Shown here: one piece after another, positions 45,775-57,217 of the stretch
Position numbering within the stretch: the stretch's first letter is position 1
How the letters are laid out: every line of letters starts with the position of its first letter
NCBI GenBank assembly: GCA_965223315.1
Contig: CBDCWD010000004.1
Location: 875,759-939,758 of the forward strand
From: Nitrospirales bacterium
GTDB lineage: Bacteria; Nitrospirota; Nitrospiria; Nitrospirales; UBA8639
DNA: 64,000 nucleotides
Reading direction: 5' to 3'
Made by a program: the position numbers and the translations under genes
The notes under the pieces: model-generated
The model's input: only the letters and a program-made list of their open reading frames with translations
Told to the model about the DNA's origin: nothing
Database searches by the model: none

Positions 45775-48700
45775 TCATGAATTCTTGATGGAATTTGTGA
45801 GCTCTTGTCGGGTTTGCTGGAAACGATCATGAATAGTTTGTTGGAACGAACTCAGGGATGCTGTCTTCTCAGCTTTGCAGGCGTTTTCAAGATCAAGGGC
45901 GATCTGGGCCAGAGAATTGGCTCCGATGTTTCGCGCAATCCCTTTGAGTCCGTGGGCAGTTTCTCGAGCGTTCATCAGATCGTTGTTGGCCAGTGATTGT
46001 TCAATACGCGTGACACATTGATAGGCATCCTCAATAAATTTCTGAACTATGGTTTGAAGGAATTGGCGGCCGCCCAGGTCCTCTATCTCCTGCAAGGTCT
46101 GGAGATTGATGGCGGATTGCTCTGGTAGGGAAGAGCCAGCGGGAAGAGAATCATGAGGGCGAGACACGACAGACTCTTCTGGATTGGGGATATGAGAGGA
46201 CTGGTGAGGAAGCCATGTCTTGAATATGCGATCTAACTCTTCTGGTCGAATGGGCTTGCTGAGATAGTCATCCATGCCCGCTTCCAAACATTTGTTCCGG
46301 TCACCCTCCATGGCATTGGCGGTGAGAGCAATGATGGGAGTTCGGTGCCTGGGTTGATTGTTTTCCACCTGTCTCTCCTGCCTTTTCCGGATCTCACGCG
46401 TGGCTTCAAATCCGTCCATTTCTGGCATTTGGCAATCCATCAGAACAAGATCATAGGGAATGCGCGACATGGCTTCGACCGCTTCCTGGCCGTTTCCGGC
46501 GACATCGGCCTTATAACCCAACCGTTCAACCATTAAGACCCCCAGTTGTTGGTTGACCTGATGGTCGTCTACGACCAAGATTCGCATGGTTTGTTGTTGT
46601 TGAAGATCTTTGAGGAAATGAGATGTGACGAATGGTTGGGTATCCGTCGGATGAGCGTCTGAGGCTTGGAAGCCCATGACGGTTTCCAAGCAGGCTTGAA
46701 GTTGAGCCTTGCGTATGGGTTTTGTGAGGTAGCCAGCAAATCCGCATTCCTTGGCAGCCGAGGCATCTCCGCGTCTTCCCAAGGAGGTGAGAAGGATTAA
46801 GCGTGTGGCTTGAAGGCTTGGATCTGTCTTAATCAATCGTGCCAGGTCAAACCCATCCATAACGGGCATTTCCATATCCAAAATAGCCAAATCGTAGGGG
46901 GTGCCTTCTTGAGCCTGTTGCCGAAGCAGAGTCAGGCAATCATTTGGATGTTCCATGAGGGTTCCATCCATATTCCAGGATTGAAAATATTGCTCTAAGA
47001 GTTGACGGTTGATGGGATGATCATCTACGGCACAGACACGAAGATGTTCTAAAGCCACGGGGTGTCTGGTCACCTTGGCTCCCGCGTCTTGCTGCTTGTG
47101 AAACTGTGCGGTAAACCAGAACGTGGTGCCGCCGGTTTTTCGGCTTTCCACTCCGATCTCCCCATTCATGAGCCGGACAAGTTGTTTGCAAATAGCCAAG
47201 CCAAGGCCTGTACCTCCATATCGTCGAGTGGTAGAACTATCAGCCTGGGAAAAGGGCTTGAACAATTTCGGGAGAATGTCGGAAGGGATGCCTTCTCCGG
47301 TATCCTGAACGTCTACACGAATGACGACGTGGTCCTGCGTCTCTTCAATGGAGGAGATTTTTACAATAATTTCACCTTTTGAAGTAAATTTTATGGCATT
47401 TCCGGTGAGGTTCATCAAGATCTGGCGCAACCGTCCCGGATCACCAAGAAGGGCCGTGGGCACCTGCGCTGATACTAGCCCGACCAATTCCAATTTCTTT
47501 TTCCCTGCGGCCTCCGCCAGGAGTTCTAAGGATTCTTCCATCGTCGTGCGGAGATCGAAGGGAATCATCTCGAACTCAAGTTTTCCTGCTTCAATTTTCG
47601 AAAAGTCCAAAATGTCATTGATGATCTTGAGCAATGTTTCGCCCGATGAGCGAACCGTTTCTGCAAACTGACGTTGTTGTTGAGTCAAGCTCGTATCTAA
47701 GAGTAAGCCAGTCATGCCAATGACCCCGTTCATCGGGGTCCGGATTTCGTGACTCATGGTTGCCAAAAATTGGCTTTTCGCGATGGCAGCCATTTCAGCT
47801 TGTTCTTTGGCCTCTTGTAATTCCTGTTCATGCTTCTTTCGTTCACTAATGTCCCGGACAATGCCGGTAAAGACGCGGCGAGAGCCGACCTTCACTTCAC
47901 TCACTGATAACTCTATAGGAAAGACCGAGTTGTCTTTTCGTTTCCCAACCAGTTCCCGGACTTTCCCAAAAATCGCGGATTTCTGATTCTTGAGATATCG
48001 TTGGAGGTATCCATCATGTTCTTCCTGATAGGGCGAGGGCATGAGCAACGAGACGTTTTCCTCCAGAACTTCTTTGACCGAGTATCCAAACAAGTGTTCT
48101 GCCGCGCTATTAAACGATTGGATCAGGCCGGTTTCACTAATGGTAATAATGGCATCGGCGGCGGTTTCGACAATTCCGCGAATGCGGGCGTCGCTTTCTT
48201 CCCTTGCCAGTTCTCCTCGTTTGCGTTCGAGCACACGGCCTAGTTGTGTCCCAATGATTTCGATCACTTCTAAGAGCCGGGCGCCGGGCTTGTTCTCAGA
48301 ATAGGAAAAAAATTCTAAAACCCCCATCACATGAGTGCCCACCATGACTGGAAAAGCCAGGCCTCCATGGAGTCCCAGAGCGGCGGCACTCTGATTGCGT
48401 GGAAAATTTAAGTCCAGCGTGATGTCTGGTATCCAGACGGCGCGTTTCTGTTGCAACACCCGTCCCGGAAGTCCCACACTCTTTGAAAATGTCATCTGTT
48501 CTGTGAGGGTTTTGAATGCGCGAAATTCTTGAGGATGTTCCAGATGCCAAATTCCGGAAGTGGTGAGCAAGTCAGTGTGTTCATCGATGCGAAAATACAC
48601 ATGCCCGATGGGCCACTGGGCAAAGGTACAGATGCGATGGAGGCATGCCTGAAACGTTTCCATCACCGATGTGGTTTCATTGGCGGTAATGGCGACCTGT

Positions 48701-49143
48701 TGAATGAGGTTCATGAGGGCGGTTTCTTGCTGAAGAGCCTGTTCGGTCTGTTGTTGTTCGGTGAGGTCCCGTACGAATGCACAAAACGCGTGGGTTTCTC
48801 TCTGGAAAATAGGAATGATGGTCAATTCAATAGGAAACTCATGGCCGTCTCGATGTAGAGCGGTCAATGTGAGACGTTGATTCACTGTGGATCCATTTTT
48901 CTTGATAGCAAATCGTTTGAGTCCAGCGATGTGAGCTTGTCGATATTGTGGAGGAATAATTGTCTGTGTGAGCGACTGGCCGATGATTTCACCGTGTGCC
49001 CATCCGAATATCTTGGCAGCTGAAGGATTCCAGGTTGTGACCACGCCCTCTTCATTGATTCCAATGATGCCATCCAAGGCATGGTCGATGATCAGCTGCA
49101 TCTCTTCAGGGTTGCCGTGAAAGGCAAGAGGGTCAGTGGTCAT
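45775..49143 (-). CDS. Cytoplasmic hybrid histidine kinase (PAS-GAF-PAS-HisKA-HATPase-REC-REC-Hpt)
   Basis: No TM; two PAS domains (the second FixL-like), GAF (VGLPGRV), [11 protein letters not shown], two REC domains, Hpt AHGLKG. Confidence 0.93.
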   Translation of the reverse strand: MTTDPLAFHGNPEEMQLIIDHALDGIIGINEEGVVTTWNPSAAKIFGWAHGEIIGQSLTQTIIPPQYRQAHIAGLKRFAIKKNGSTVNQRLTLTALHRDGHEFPIELTIIPIFQRETHAFCAFVRDLTEQQQTEQALQQETALMNLIQQVAITANETTSVMETFQACLHRICTFAQWPIGHVYFRIDEHTDLLTTSGIWHLEHPQEFRAFKTLTEQMTFSKSVGLPGRVLQQKRAVWIPDITLDLNFPRNQSAAALGLHGGLAFPVMVGTHVMGVLEFFSYSENKPGARLLEVIEIIGTQLGRVLERKRGELAREESDARIRGIVETAADAIITISETGLIQSFNSAAEHLFGYSVKEVLEENVSLLMPSPYQEEHDGYLQRYLKNQKSAIFGKVRELVGKRKDNSVFPIELSVSEVKVGSRRVFTGIVRDISERKKHEQELQEAKEQAEMAAIAKSQFLATMSHEIRTPMNGVIGMTGLLLDTSLTQQQRQFAETVRSSGETLLKIINDILDFSKIEAGKLEFEMIPFDLRTTMEESLELLAEAAGKKKLELVGLVSAQVPTALLGDPGRLRQILMNLTGNAIKFTSKGEIIVKISSIEETQDHVVIRVDVQDTGEGIPSDILPKLFKPFSQADSSTTRRYGGTGLGLAICKQLVRLMNGEIGVESRKTGGTTFWFTAQFHKQQDAGAKVTRHPVALEHLRVCAVDDHPINRQLLEQYFQSWNMDGTLMEHPNDCLTLLRQQAQEGTPYDLAILDMEMPVMDGFDLARLIKTDPSLQATRLILLTSLGRRGDASAAKECGFAGYLTKPIRKAQLQACLETVMGFQASDAHPTDTQPFVTSHFLKDLQQQQTMRILVVDDHQVNQQLGVLMVERLGYKADVAGNGQEAVEAMSRIPYDLVLMDCQMPEMDGFEATREIRKRQERQVENNQPRHRTPIIALTANAMEGDRNKCLEAGMDDYLSKPIRPEELDRIFKTWLPHQSSHIPNPEESVVSRPHDSLPAGSSLPEQSAINLQTLQEIEDLGGRQFLQTIVQKFIEDAYQCVTRIEQSLANNDLMNARETAHGLKGIARNIGANSLAQIALDLENACKAEKTASLSSFQQTIHDRFQQTRQELTNSIKNS

Positions 49144-49250
49144 GGTGCGTCTGGATTGCCTTGGTCTTGAGGTTTACCAATCTGTTTTGAATGAGAGCAT
49201 AAAATGATCGTTGATTGTTGGATATTCCTGCATTCAACATGGGGCCTTTT

Positions 49251-51551
49251 TCAACGGGCCCGTGTTGGAAGCCATCGTTGTAAGGCTTGGGCCAGGTCAT
49301 CCGCTCGAATGGGTTTAGGCAGATAGTCGTCCATTCCGGCCTGCAGGCATTTATCTCGATCCTCAGGCATAGCGTTGGCGGTCATGGCGATAATCGGAAG
49401 GTGGAAACAGTGAGGAGCACAAAGTAAGGAGTGAGAAGTTTGTGAAAGCTCGGTCTCTTTGGCCTCCCCATTCACTCCTAACTCCTGACTCTTGACTTCG
49501 GACTTGTCACGTTCTGTTTTCCGAATAGTCCTGGTAGCTTCATAGCCGTCCATGATGGGCATGTGACAGTCCATCAACACCAAGTCATAGGGGATCTTGA
49601 GACAGGCCTCGACGGCTTCCTGGCCATTTGCGGCCACGTCGGCTTTGTGTCCAAGACGCTCTATCATCATCACAGCCAATTGTTGGTTGACCTGGTGATC
49701 GTCGACGATCAACACTCTCTTGCGCCTTTTTTCAGACGACTCCAACGTGGCAAAACGGGTGATAACCGGAGCCTCTGGGTCTTTAAGCGTTTCTGGCAGG
49801 AGGCCCATCACAGTTTCTAGTGTGTGTTTGAGCACATTCTGGCGTATGGGTTTGGTCAGGTACCCCGAGAACCCAGCGGCCTTGGCTTCCCCAGCATCGC
49901 CTCGCTGGCCGAGAGAAGACAGGAGGACTAGACGAATGGCCGAGAGCTGCGAATCGTTTTTGATCGTTTGCGCCAGGGTCAGGCCGTCCATGCCCGGCAT
50001 AGTCCTATCCAGGACCGCGATATCGAATGGATCGTGTTGTTGAAAGGCAGTGTGAAGCAGGTGAAGGGCTTCAGCCGGGGTCGAAGCAGATGTACAGCGG
50101 ACTCCCCAATCTTTGGCATATTCCTCGAGCAGGTGCCGATTGACGGGATGATTGTCGACGCAGCACATCCGTAGGCCGTGAAGGGGCTTGGGGCTGAGTA
50201 TTATCCGGCTCTGGATGGGTTGTTTGAGAAATTCAGAAGTAAACCAAAACGTGCTCCCCTGGCCTTTCTGGCTGTCAACGCCGATTGTTCCTCCCATCAA
50301 TTCCACCAACTGCTTACATATGGCCAACCCCAGCCCTGTCCCGCCAAACTGACGGGTCGTGGAGCCGTCAGCTTGTTGAAATGGTTGAAAAAGCTTTTGT
50401 TGTACATCGGGATCAATTCCAATCCCTGAGTCTTGCACGGTCACGTTAATGAGGGCTTTCTCAGCGGTTTCTTCCTGGAGAGTGATGCGTATAATGACTT
50501 CGCCCGAAGGAGTGAATTTAACAGCATTTCCGACAAGATTGAGAAGAACCTGCCGAAACCGGCCAGGATCTCCTCGTAAGGCTGTGGGGACTCGGGCATC
50601 CACGCATCCAATCAACTCTAAATTCTTGCTCCCGGCTTTCTCCGCTAAGAGGTCGAGGGAATCCTCCATCGAGACACGAAGGTCGAAGTCAACCGTTTCG
50701 ACATCTAGTTTTCCTGCTTCGATTTTTGAGAAATCCAAAATATCATTGATAATGGTGAGTAGGGCTTCGCCGGAACTTCTGACGGTTTCAGCAAATTGGA
50801 ATTGTTCGGCTTTCAGATCCGTGTCCAATAACAGGCCGGTCATGCCGATAATGCCATTCATGGGGGTGCGAATTTCATGACTCATGGTGGCTAAAAATTC
50901 GCTTTTGGCCTTCGCGGCATGTTCGGCCGCTTCCTTTGCGTGATGCAGAGCGCGTTCGGCTTCTTTTCGTTGTGTAATATCCCGAATAAACGCGCTGAAG
51001 ATGGTGTTCCCGTCCACGGTGAAAGGATTGACGCAGATTTCAATAGGGAAGATGTCGCCATGCCTGTTCAGAGCCGACACTTCAAGGCGCTGATTGACCA
51101 TCGTACCTTTTCCTGTTCTGAGAAATTCTTTAAAGCCGTGATTGTGGGCCTCGCGAAAATCAGGAGGAATGATCTTTTCTGATAGGAGATGCCCCACGAC
51201 TTCCTCTTTTTCCCACCCAAATAGGGTTTCGGCTTGTGGATTCCAATCGATGATGATGCCAGCCGCATCCACGGAGATAATGGCATCCAAGGCATGGTCC
51301 ACGATCATCTTTGTCCGCTCTTGCTCGTTCCTGAGGCGCATTTCGCTTGTGTGTCGGAGGTCTTCGTAGAGTTGCGTCATCTCTTTCGAGGAGATTGCGA
51401 GAGATCGTTCGAGTAATTCACGCCCTTGATCAGCTTCAGTATAGGCGTTGCTAATGCGCTCGAGGAATCCAGGCCACGCTTCAGGTGTTAGCGGGACCGT
51501 GGGGTCAGAAGATCCGAAGCGTTTGAGCTGTCGTTTGAGCAAAGGATGCAT
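49251..51551 (-). CDS. Hybrid histidine kinase (PAS-HisKA-HATPase-REC-REC), FIST partner
   Basis: [12 protein letters not shown]-terminus typical of kinases downstream of FIST genes; H-box and two REC domains; no Hpt. Confidence 0.92.
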   Translation of the reverse strand: MHPLLKRQLKRFGSSDPTVPLTPEAWPGFLERISNAYTEADQGRELLERSLAISSKEMTQLYEDLRHTSEMRLRNEQERTKMIVDHALDAIISVDAAGIIIDWNPQAETLFGWEKEEVVGHLLSEKIIPPDFREAHNHGFKEFLRTGKGTMVNQRLEVSALNRHGDIFPIEICVNPFTVDGNTIFSAFIRDITQRKEAERALHHAKEAAEHAAKAKSEFLATMSHEIRTPMNGIIGMTGLLLDTDLKAEQFQFAETVRSSGEALLTIINDILDFSKIEAGKLDVETVDFDLRVSMEDSLDLLAEKAGSKNLELIGCVDARVPTALRGDPGRFRQVLLNLVGNAVKFTPSGEVIIRITLQEETAEKALINVTVQDSGIGIDPDVQQKLFQPFQQADGSTTRQFGGTGLGLAICKQLVELMGGTIGVDSQKGQGSTFWFTSEFLKQPIQSRIILSPKPLHGLRMCCVDNHPVNRHLLEEYAKDWGVRCTSASTPAEALHLLHTAFQQHDPFDIAVLDRTMPGMDGLTLAQTIKNDSQLSAIRLVLLSSLGQRGDAGEAKAAGFSGYLTKPIRQNVLKHTLETVMGLLPETLKDPEAPVITRFATLESSEKRRKRVLIVDDHQVNQQLAVMMIERLGHKADVAANGQEAVEACLKIPYDLVLMDCHMPIMDGYEATRTIRKTERDKSEVKSQELGVNGEAKETELSQTSHSLLCAPHCFHLPIIAMTANAMPEDRDKCLQAGMDDYLPKPIRADDLAQALQRWLPTRAR
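49423..49508. repeat. Inverted heptamer tandem repeat inside the kinase CDS
   Basis: AGTAAGG AGTGAGA AGTTTGT ... ACTCCTA ACTCCTG ACTCTTG ACTTCGG ACTTGTC. Confidence 0.7.
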
Positions 51552-51557
51552 GTTTCG

Positions 51558-52691
51558 TTATTGCTCGGAAATAGTCGTCAGAGTCATGGTTTGATTATGA
51601 AGTTCACATCGTCCATTTGTGTAGGGTGACAATTCCCCATAGGAATAAAATCCAATTTGCTGAGTCCCTGACGGGAATACGTCCAATGTGGCTTCGACTT
51701 CTTCCTCGGCACGCTCGCCCAGAACGAGGCGTCGTCCGACGCAGGTAATGGCAATGGCGAGTGTATGCTGTGGATCCTTAGGTTGAGTCAGAAGCGCTGC
51801 CTCCGAAGCGCCGGTGATGAGCCGGTCAAAATTGCCTCGCATAAGTTGGACGAGCGAATCTTGAGGAATATTCCCGGCAAAGGTCATCGATTGTTCGTCT
51901 TCATTCACGGCTAAGATAGTGCGGACAAGATAATCATCGCCCGTTCCGTTTTGTTTTAATGCTAAGGGAAAGAGAAGCGCGGTAGCCGGAAGCCCACTGG
52001 CTCGCTCGCCGAGGTATTCTTTATACAGTTCAAGCGCAGGTTTGCCGTCTAACTCATACAGTATGTTCCCGTCGGATCGTGTCACCCGTCGTTCTGGCCC
52101 TAAATAATCCCAGCCACCCTTAGAGCCGTGGGACAAACGAATGTGGTCACCATAGAACCCCACGGCCGTGATCATGCCTCCCATGGGTGACGAATTGCTA
52201 ATGACCCAAGTTTGTTTGAAGCGATCTCCGTCTCCGGCTAATCCACCAGTCACAATGACAGATTCCGGAAGGATGGTATTGAGGCCCTGGATGAGTTCGC
52301 TGCCATTGACTTGTAGTCCATCAGAGAGCACGAGGATTCCTCGAAGATCAGGCCGCAAAAGGTCTTGGGCGATTTGTTGCCCCACTTGACAGGATTGTGA
52401 GGCATCGGAAATTTCGACGGTGGCGGTCCGGACCGTGGTCGACTCGAATTGAAGGATGCCGCCCACAACACTCTGGTCTCGAATTTCACTGCCGAATACC
52501 TCACCCGAGGTCGAGCAACCGATCACCGGAATACCTGAAAATGTATGACAAATCTCTTGGATACGATTCGGTGACTCCAAGAAGCTTGATGCACCAAACA
52601 AGATGACGAGGGACTTTTGAGGGTCTTGGAGAAAATCGGGTCGAGTCACCGGTGGGCTGGAATAATCAAGACAAAATGTTTGAACGTTCAT
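51558..52691 (-). CDS. FIST-domain signal transduction protein (FIST N plus FIST C; NosP family)
   Basis: GCSTSGE, LVLSDGL, GGLAGD, LYELDGKPAL, TCVGRR and GFYSYGE motifs. Confidence 0.92.
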   Translation of the reverse strand: MNVQTFCLDYSSPPVTRPDFLQDPQKSLVILFGASSFLESPNRIQEICHTFSGIPVIGCSTSGEVFGSEIRDQSVVGGILQFESTTVRTATVEISDASQSCQVGQQIAQDLLRPDLRGILVLSDGLQVNGSELIQGLNTILPESVIVTGGLAGDGDRFKQTWVISNSSPMGGMITAVGFYGDHIRLSHGSKGGWDYLGPERRVTRSDGNILYELDGKPALELYKEYLGERASGLPATALLFPLALKQNGTGDDYLVRTILAVNEDEQSMTFAGNIPQDSLVQLMRGNFDRLITGASEAALLTQPKDPQHTLAIAITCVGRRLVLGERAEEEVEATLDVFPSGTQQIGFYSYGELSPYTNGRCELHNQTMTLTTISEQ

Positions 52692-52778
52692 GAACCCTCC
52701 TTTATCTTGAAGACAGAGGTCAGTCTGACAGGAAATGCGCTTTTTCTCCTACGAAAGGTAGGCCTCCTCCTTCCTACT

Positions 52779-52806
52779 TATTCGGATTGTCTTGTGTGAT
52801 TCTGTA
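52779..52806 (-). promoter_or_regulatory. Sigma28-type promoter candidate for the FIST operon
   Basis: Minus strand TACAG-N15-TCCGAATA in the intergenic gap. Confidence 0.4.
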
Positions 52807-52817
52807 TGGGACTGAAC

Positions 52818-54185
52818 CTAAAACTTAGATCCGGAGGAAGAAGCGGATAGTGAAGGGGTGGAATTTTGGGAGGAGGTTGATTGTGTGAGGCGAGAGAATA
52901 ATTTTTTTCTAATGGAGAAATACTCTGGATTGCCTTCCGAAACTTGAAGAAACTTCGCATAATATTGATTGGCTAACCGGCCATTTCCTAGCTGTTCATA
53001 GGCATACCCCATATTCAGGTGAATATGAGGCAGGTCGGGTTTTAGCAATTCTGCTTGCCGTAATTCATGGATGGCTAACTGATAGTTGCCGCGTTGTTGA
53101 GCGACCAAGGCCCGTTGGATCCATAGTTGCGGCACCTTGTCATTTCTGGCTAATCCACTGAGGAAAAATTGATCGGCTTCTTCCACGTCTCCTTTGCCCA
53201 ACAGCGCGGTTCCCATCCAAAACCAAGGCTGCCAATTAACAGGCGGTTCATGAAACATCGGCCTCAGCAGTACTGAGGCTTCTTGATATTGTCCAATCTG
53301 AATCAGCTGTCGGGCATTGTGTAACCGTTGAGCTGGTGATAGGGGTTGTCGAGGAGGTACAGAGGTTTTCAGCTGTTTCTTTTCTACATGCGCTGGTAGG
53401 GGACTAGGTTCTCCGGTTTTAGTCGACTCCTTGGTTAGTAGGCTCGTCATGATCAATTCATCAGGCTGGACAATTTCTTCCTCTTCTAAGGGAACCGTCA
53501 ACGAGTCGGCTGACTCTGAGTCGTTCATGTTGTCAGATATGGCTGGGAACGCAGGAGAAATAGCTGTGGAGGTTTCAGGTGTGAGTGTCGTCGTGACGGT
53601 TGAAAGCTCCTCTGCTTCTGATTCAATCGAAGTTGAATCAGGTTCTGGCTCTGTGTCGATGGTCTGGTCTTCTATTGCAGGTGTGTTCTGATTCTCCGGC
53701 TTTGTGTCGGCCACGGCGATCTCTGGAGTTTCTGGGTTTGTTGACACTTCTGAAGCGGGCGCCTTTTGCTCGTCCTGCGGCAGGGCTGATGATACTGCCA
53801 CGTCCGTCATTTCAGCAGTCTGTGGAATTGTCACAGATTCGAGTTCTTGAGCCACCGGATTTTCTGAGGGAAGATCGACAGGCATAGGTTCCTGGGGAGG
53901 AGGGTCGGGAAGGGAAACGCCGCTATTGATGCTGGCTTGTGTGTGCGGAGCCAGGCCAAAGTCCATGTGCCAACCAATCCAAAATGCACCAATGGCCAGT
54001 CCGCCAAGGGCGAGAGTGATTCCCCCAGTAATGACCCAAAATTTAATTTGGGAAGGCTTTTGATGATGTCCTGTTCCTTCTCCTTTGGGAAAGGTTGGAC
54101 GGGTTTGCGGGATTTCTGGTGATTCAGCGGATCCCTGTTGTGATTGGGCCTGGAGGCGTTTGAGTGTGTCAGCGATGATACTCAT
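52818..54185 (-). CDS. MshN/ExeB-like protein (N-terminal anchor, Pro/acidic linker, TPRs)
   Basis: MSIIADTLKR start like ExeB/MshN, one TM, low-complexity linker, C-terminal TPRs; follows the ExeA-like gene. Confidence 0.7.
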   Translation of the reverse strand: MSIIADTLKRLQAQSQQGSAESPEIPQTRPTFPKGEGTGHHQKPSQIKFWVITGGITLALGGLAIGAFWIGWHMDFGLAPHTQASINSGVSLPDPPPQEPMPVDLPSENPVAQELESVTIPQTAEMTDVAVSSALPQDEQKAPASEVSTNPETPEIAVADTKPENQNTPAIEDQTIDTEPEPDSTSIESEAEELSTVTTTLTPETSTAISPAFPAISDNMNDSESADSLTVPLEEEEIVQPDELIMTSLLTKESTKTGEPSPLPAHVEKKQLKTSVPPRQPLSPAQRLHNARQLIQIGQYQEASVLLRPMFHEPPVNWQPWFWMGTALLGKGDVEEADQFFLSGLARNDKVPQLWIQRALVAQQRGNYQLAIHELRQAELLKPDLPHIHLNMGYAYEQLGNGRLANQYYAKFLQVSEGNPEYFSIRKKLFSRLTQSTSSQNSTPSLSASSSGSKF

Positions 54186-54196
54186 TGTACGAATGC

Positions 54197-54268
54197 AGTA
54201 AGGAGTTAGGAGTGAGTAGTGAAAACATAAGAACTAATTTCTTTTTTACTGCTGACTTCTTACTTCTT
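54197..54268. repeat. Inverted heptamer tandem repeat (intergenic)
   Basis: AGTAAGG AGTTAGG AGTGAGT AGTGAAA ... ACTGCTG ACTTCTT ACTTCTT. Confidence 0.65.
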
Positions 54269-54274
54269 CCCTTT

Positions 54275-55099
54275 TCACTTTAGAAATTCCTGGGCGGCTT
54301 TCCAAACCAGGAAATGGGTAATCACGGGTTGTCTTTTGGCATAGGCTCCGAGTAAGGCGCGATCACACAGTTGATTAATGCGCCGTGGGACACCATGGGA
54401 TAAGAAATATATGAGCCCTGGAACGCCGGTCTGGAGTCGCAGCCGGTGAGTGCGCTCAGCTTTCTGAAGGCGATGCTCGATGTAGGCTCGCGTTTCTCTG
54501 TATCCAAATGGCTTCAGACAATATTTGACGCTGATGCGTTGGCGCAGCGGCCGGAAGGCCCGGGCGGCTAACTTTTGCTCAAGTTCCGGTTGTCCAACAA
54601 GCAGCAGGCACATCAGCTTGTCTTTTTCGGTATCCAGGTTCGACAGAAGCCGCAGGCCTTCTAACACTTTCCCGCTCAACCGGTGAGCTTCATCGACCAA
54701 TACAACGACTCGTTCACCATCCTCAGCCAGCCGGAGCAGAAGTTTCGGCAATTCCCGTTGAAGGGCGCCAAGCGAGGAGTCTTCCGGAATGGTTCCCGTG
54801 AGATCTTCATAAATTGATGTGAGCAAATCCCCATAGGATTGGTCCGGATTAATCAGATAGGCAAAGCGGACGCCCTTAGGCGGATTGCGAAGGAGATGAC
54901 GGCACAAGAGCGTTTTTCCGAGCCCCACTTCGCCGGTCAACATCGTGAACCCTCCACTCGCGATGCCAAAACGCAGATGATGCAACGCTTCCATGTGATG
55001 ACTGCCTGGAAAAAAGAAGTCCGTGTCAGGAGTGAGTTGAAATGGCGGTTCCGTGAATCCCAGTTCTTCGTAACAAAGGCCCAGATCTAGAGTTGTCAT
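54275..55099 (-). CDS. ExeA/MshM-family AAA ATPase
   Basis: PFQLTPD, GEVGLGKT, VLVDEAH, LLVGQPEL and GVPRRINQLCDRALL motifs. Confidence 0.92.
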   Translation of the reverse strand: MTTLDLGLCYEELGFTEPPFQLTPDTDFFFPGSHHMEALHHLRFGIASGGFTMLTGEVGLGKTLLCRHLLRNPPKGVRFAYLINPDQSYGDLLTSIYEDLTGTIPEDSSLGALQRELPKLLLRLAEDGERVVVLVDEAHRLSGKVLEGLRLLSNLDTEKDKLMCLLLVGQPELEQKLAARAFRPLRQRISVKYCLKPFGYRETRAYIEHRLQKAERTHRLRLQTGVPGLIYFLSHGVPRRINQLCDRALLGAYAKRQPVITHFLVWKAAQEFLK

Positions 55100-55101
55100 A
55101 G

Positions 55102-56673
55102 TTACGATCCTACAATTTTGGGTGAGAGGAAAATGACCAGTTCACTTTTGGTTTTCACAGTGTACGTTCCTTTGAACAATCGGCCTAACAATGGGATATC
55201 ACCTAACAACGGCACGGATCGTTCCGTTTCGGATTCCTCTTCTTGAATAAGTCCGCCGATAATGACCATTTCCCCATCTTTGAGCCGAACGACTCCCGAG
55301 GATTGTTTAATGTCCAAAATTGGAGCATTCGATGTCTCAAGTGGCGAGAGGGCGATATCACGAAGACGGGAAATAATAGGCGTGACATCTAACATGATCC
55401 ATCCATCCTCGGAAATTTGCGGGGTGACGGATAAGACTAAACCAACCGTGACCGAATTGGCTTCTTCCGTCACGATATTGCCAGTTCCGGCTGTTCCCTG
55501 GGTAATGGTTTGTGTAAAAAATGGTTGATCGGTAGCCACCTTGATCAACGCGGGTTGATTGTTCAGCGTGACGACGCGGGGCTGAGAAATAACCTGGAGT
55601 TCCCCTTGTTCACGAAGTGCCTCTAAAATGCCGGCAAAATCTCCAGAGGAAAATGAAACCGTCGTGGTGGCGACTTTGGGAATTAGCCCTCCAAAGGGTG
55701 CGCCGATAATATTCGACAGAGAAAACGCGCCGGTATCCCCATCGAATTTGATCTCATTCCAGTTAATACCCAGACTGTAATTATCGTTTAAGTTGACTTC
55801 GTAAATTCTAGCCTCAATTTCTACCTGGCGATACAATGCTTGGTGGACTTTGTCGAGGAATTCTTCAATCTCGTGGACACGTTGGTACCAATCGGTCACG
55901 TGGATCGTCCCAGAAAGACGATTGGCCACCATGCGGCCATCTTGAGACATGAGTGTTTGAATTTGCCGTTCGAGTTCTTCCCAGAATTTGATTTCGTCTT
56001 GTTGATTGACTGTGATTTGTCCGGTTTCTTGCGATCCCCCGCCGCTGGAGGACCCTGAGCTCATTTTGGCCTGATTTTGGCCGGTGCCTCCCCGGACCAG
56101 GCGAATGTAATCCACGTTGAATAATGCCGTTTTAAATTGTTTCACTCTGATGAGGCCATCCTCTTCTTCCCAATAGTAGCCATGGGCTTCTAGTAGCGCA
56201 GACATCGCCCGTTCTAGCGGGAGGTCGTGAAAATCGACGGTGACGGTGCCGATGATTTCCGGACCTGCCACAATATTCAGCTGATTGCCTCTGGCAAACA
56301 GAGCTAGCGCGTCGATAAGCGGAAGGTCTTGCGCCCGGAATGAGTAGAGTGGGCCGAGAGTTGGAGCCGGAGCCGGAGGCATCTCTGAAACATTGCTGCT
56401 CAGCAACATGCGGTCTTCCAGAGAAAAATTAGCATGCGGTGCCTGCCGATGTACCGGAATAGGTTGCGGGTTTTTTGATACCCTGTTGAACGATTGAGAC
56501 GGTGCAGGTCTGACCTGGATGTCTGCGTCACGGTCGATAGTGGAACAACCTGCAATCGTGAAGATGTTGACGAGCACAAGAGAGAGACCTGCCCGTACGA
56601 TAGAACGCCCAAGGGTGTGCCCCAAAGCTGCCCCTGTCACGGAAAGTATGTGTGTGTGTGTTGGTTGCGGCAT
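55102..56673 (-). CDS. mshL: MshL-type secretin
   Basis: Lipobox IAGC, STN and secretin N domains, QVEIEARIYEV, SQPRVVTLNNQPA, VPLLGDIPLLGRLF. Confidence 0.88.
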   Translation of the reverse strand: MPQPTHTHILSVTGAALGHTLGRSIVRAGLSLVLVNIFTIAGCSTIDRDADIQVRPAPSQSFNRVSKNPQPIPVHRQAPHANFSLEDRMLLSSNVSEMPPAPAPTLGPLYSFRAQDLPLIDALALFARGNQLNIVAGPEIIGTVTVDFHDLPLERAMSALLEAHGYYWEEEDGLIRVKQFKTALFNVDYIRLVRGGTGQNQAKMSSGSSSGGGSQETGQITVNQQDEIKFWEELERQIQTLMSQDGRMVANRLSGTIHVTDWYQRVHEIEEFLDKVHQALYRQVEIEARIYEVNLNDNYSLGINWNEIKFDGDTGAFSLSNIIGAPFGGLIPKVATTTVSFSSGDFAGILEALREQGELQVISQPRVVTLNNQPALIKVATDQPFFTQTITQGTAGTGNIVTEEANSVTVGLVLSVTPQISEDGWIMLDVTPIISRLRDIALSPLETSNAPILDIKQSSGVVRLKDGEMVIIGGLIQEEESETERSVPLLGDIPLLGRLFKGTYTVKTKSELVIFLSPKIVGS

Positions 56674-56689
56674 AGGTGGTCGCGGTTTT

Positions 56690-57217
56690 CTACGAGGTTG
56701 CCAGTGTTTTAAATGTGAGTAAGTGTTTCTTCCCCCGCCGTTTTAGCCATACCCCTTCAAGTTCGATCGCAACGACGTGATAGCCATCAATCATCTCTCC
56801 TTCATACACGACGCTCCGGTTAATCACCGCGCTGCGTTCCTGGTTGTCCAGCGCAATAGCTTTGAGTTCAAAATGCTGAAGCGCCTGAGATTTTTTCTCT
56901 TTTGGCAGGAGAGCAACTGTTGATGATTCACCGGCTCGAGCCTTGGCCTGAGACAAAACGGGTGCCGGCGCAAACGGGTCCCGTTGAGGATTCTGTATCC
57001 ATTGGATGGCTTCAGCCTCATGCTTGTGGAGTGAGGGTGTCACAGCGGCCTGAGTTTCTCCAAGGAAGGGCGCCGCGGCATCCATCAACACAGGAGGAAT
57101 AAAATCTGTACTCGGCCCTACCATATTGTTGTAGACCGCAACGCCAGCAACGGCGCATAGTCCTAAGACCACAACTGGGTTTTTTAAAGCTCGACTGAAT
57201 GTTGAGTTTTCATCCAT
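56690..57217 (-). CDS. MshK/GspC-like pilus accessory protein
   Basis: TM anchor, RDPF motif, L.AI....SAVIN...VYEGE C-domain; operon position. Confidence 0.6.
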   Translation of the reverse strand: MDENSTFSRALKNPVVVLGLCAVAGVAVYNNMVGPSTDFIPPVLMDAAAPFLGETQAAVTPSLHKHEAEAIQWIQNPQRDPFAPAPVLSQAKARAGESSTVALLPKEKKSQALQHFELKAIALDNQERSAVINRSVVYEGEMIDGYHVVAIELEGVWLKRRGKKHLLTFKTLATS

